Assembly (NCBI GenBank): GCA_030141605.1
Contig: JAQGDQ010000012.1
Span: 1,196,359 to 1,260,358, forward strand
DNA from: Tubiluchus corallicola
Lineage: Eukaryota > Animalia > Priapulida
Length of the DNA stretch: 64,000 bases
Direction: 5' to 3'
Under the pieces are notes generated by a model. That model was not told the DNA's origin, did not search any database, and saw nothing but the letters and a program-made list of their open reading frames with translations. Both the position numbers and the translations under genes were made by a program. This document shows, in pieces, positions 61,601 to 64,000 of the stretch. How positions within the stretch are numbered: position 1 is the first letter of the stretch; every line of letters starts with the position of its first letter.

Positions 61601-64000
61601 TTTGATGACGAAATGTCATTTAGCTGCTTATGTCGTTGCTTGTGGCTTATCTGCAAGTTAAGTTATATAAATCCATTTGCATGTAGCTGTATTACAAGAT
61701 TAAAGATATTATTGGAGAGAGATGATTAGCTACGGTGTTGAGCTGCGATAGTTAAACAGCCTCGAGTTTAGTTAACTAATAAATGGATTGGTGCTTCGGG
61801 GTGATTTCTTTTACTATACTGCCTCTGACCATTTTTCTCATTGAAGAACCACCATATTGAATTCTGACTTACTGTGTGTCGAATTACAGTATGTGGGTGC
61901 ATGCTGAAATCATATACCTTTGATAGATAATTTACTTCTTTCAAACAATTAACTAAGCACGTGAAATGCTGAAAATTCGAGTAATTAAAATAAAGGTAAC
62001 TTTTGACGTGGTAGACTTAAAATGCGTTTGTTGTGTTTTGAAAACTTTGAGAACACTGGTATCAAATTTTACTTGCTAAACAGCTATTGTAGCCTGAATA
62101 AGAAATTTACTGCATTTTGGTTCTCAAAATATTGCCTTTTTAAATTGGGCTTTAACAGTAATTATCAACAGAACTACTCTATTTTTTGCTGTAGAAACAT
62201 GTATCATATGAATGTTTGACTTTTTTTACGAATCATCATCGTCTGCACTGTGAGCGTATGCTCTGTCCCACGTCCGCCTTAGCAAGACTTTACGACACTG
62301 TTGGAATGCAACACAGTGGCGTGATCAGGAAATTGGTTGTCAAGATTTGTGGTTTGACGCCGGAAGCCGATTGACGCCACCACGGCAGAACAGGCTGTCC
62401 TCGAAATTAGCGAAACTGGCGTAGAAAGAAAGAGAAAAGCTCAAGTCCATCACTTACTCAATCCCAATCATTAGATATGTTGATAATAAAAAATCTTTCG
62501 TATCATAGACCTTCCTAAGAGATTTTTTATTAATGTGTTTTTTGTATTTTAAGGATCTGTAATGTTTTAGCATATATGATTTTTATATTTTTATTTTCAA
62601 TATTGACCACTTTATAAGTTTCAAACCAAACTTGAGAATCCTTAATAGAATGTAATTGGAATGTGCCGTAAAGGCGTAGTTTCATTAAAACTTATTTAAT
62701 TTGAATTATATTAGTAATTTCTTGGGAGGGAAGTGTGTTAGCGTTATTTTTGTTCTCTGCAAGCTTGTACCTAACATTCAGCGACATTATTTATTTTATT
62801 CTAATTTGATTTTTTTAGGAAATGTTCAGTTAGAGTGCCAAAGCATAAGATGTAAAAGCTAAACATAGTTAAGAAATTCCTAAGATCTGCCTGAGAATGT
62901 GATGATCCTGCAAAGAATTTGCTGTTGTTATTTTACACCTGCTATGTATGGCACTGCCACATGTAGGACCTAGGGTCAGTGTTAAACGTTTTCTAAATTC
63001 GTACTTGTCTAAAACTAAATGTTTCTAAAACTAAATGTCTGTCTAACCCCTGCAAGACGACCCTTAATTACACATAAAAGGTGATTTGCATGTTGATTGT
63101 CCAGTGTCCATCCACCCGGATAATTACGGCCAACTAAGGAATGCTGATCTGTTAATTTCTTTGTGACAACTTTTCTACACAAGGCGAAAAACTTGAGAAA
63201 AATGCGCTTGCAAGTCTTTCGAGCCTTTTTTGTCTTATGAGTATGCATATCAGCATGAGCATCACTATGAAGTATGCATAGCTGTAACTATAGTGACATT
63301 TTTAGACTTTGGACGAGATGCAATTTCAAACCTGTTGGGTCGTCTTTCGTGCTTTATTGAGTAATACATGTATGTATACATTGTATGAGCAGAACTTTTT
63401 GCCGTTTCCCAAAAAGTACATCGGAAAAGTAGTTATAGACAGGACTGGCTAGATCTAAACCTCTGAGTCTGCCGTATTTGCAATCGTAGTTATAATTAGG
63501 TTTTGCGGATTTCAGAATAAATTAAAATTTTGTAAATAGTAAATACATGTATGAGCGCCGGCTAAAGATGTCAACATACAGATTGAATTCAGTTTATATT
63601 CGTCAGTTTGCTCCGCTATTTGTTACGTTCTTGAGGCTTATTTGCCTTCTTAACACAAAAAAGACAATGTTGATTGTGCCTGCGGTTTTTGTGTCATTTA
63701 TCTTTAATTTTTTCAAATGCACGGTTTTCTAATAAGGTTTGCATAATGGTGAAATGTTAGCAATCTCGATCTGAAAACTACACGAAATTTTAGTGCTTGC
63801 AAGACGCATTGCAGGTGATAATTATTCAGAAACCTTCGGTCAACGTCAACACTGAAGTTTTTGCGCTGAAAGTATGCCAATAATCTATTCACACTCTTCT
63901 GGTATGCGATTTAGATATATAGTTACTTAGGATGTCCTACTTTCAAAACTGTGCACCGGGGCTGATCCAGGACAAAATGCAATGTAAACATCTCGAAATG

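Overview
AT-rich animal (invertebrate-type) nuclear DNA; no prokaryotic features, CRISPR arrays or rRNA. The ORF track shows three long ORFs: an intronless glypican (GPC4/6 type, 11543-13369, -), an intronless ADA2/ADGF adenosine deaminase (18427-19998, -) and a single-exon 2092-aa low-complexity protein with PP1-docking motifs (45804-52082, +). The first coding exon of kibra/WWC lies at 58530-58657 (+). Reading splice sites by hand reveals a gene the track misses: five phase-compatible minus-strand exons (26759 to 22337) encoding 170 aa of a peptidylarginine deiminase (PAD/PADI)-like protein. It begins with an apparent signal peptide and a basic/His-rich segment, unlike cytosolic vertebrate PADs, and its catalytic exons could not be found in the window. 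A spliced 50-aa upstream ORF may precede the 2092-aa ORF. The rest is introns/intergenic DNA with MITEs (some nested), retroposon and hAT relics, a tRNA-Thr-like cloverleaf and microsatellites. All homologies are from motif recognition and memory, not database searches.
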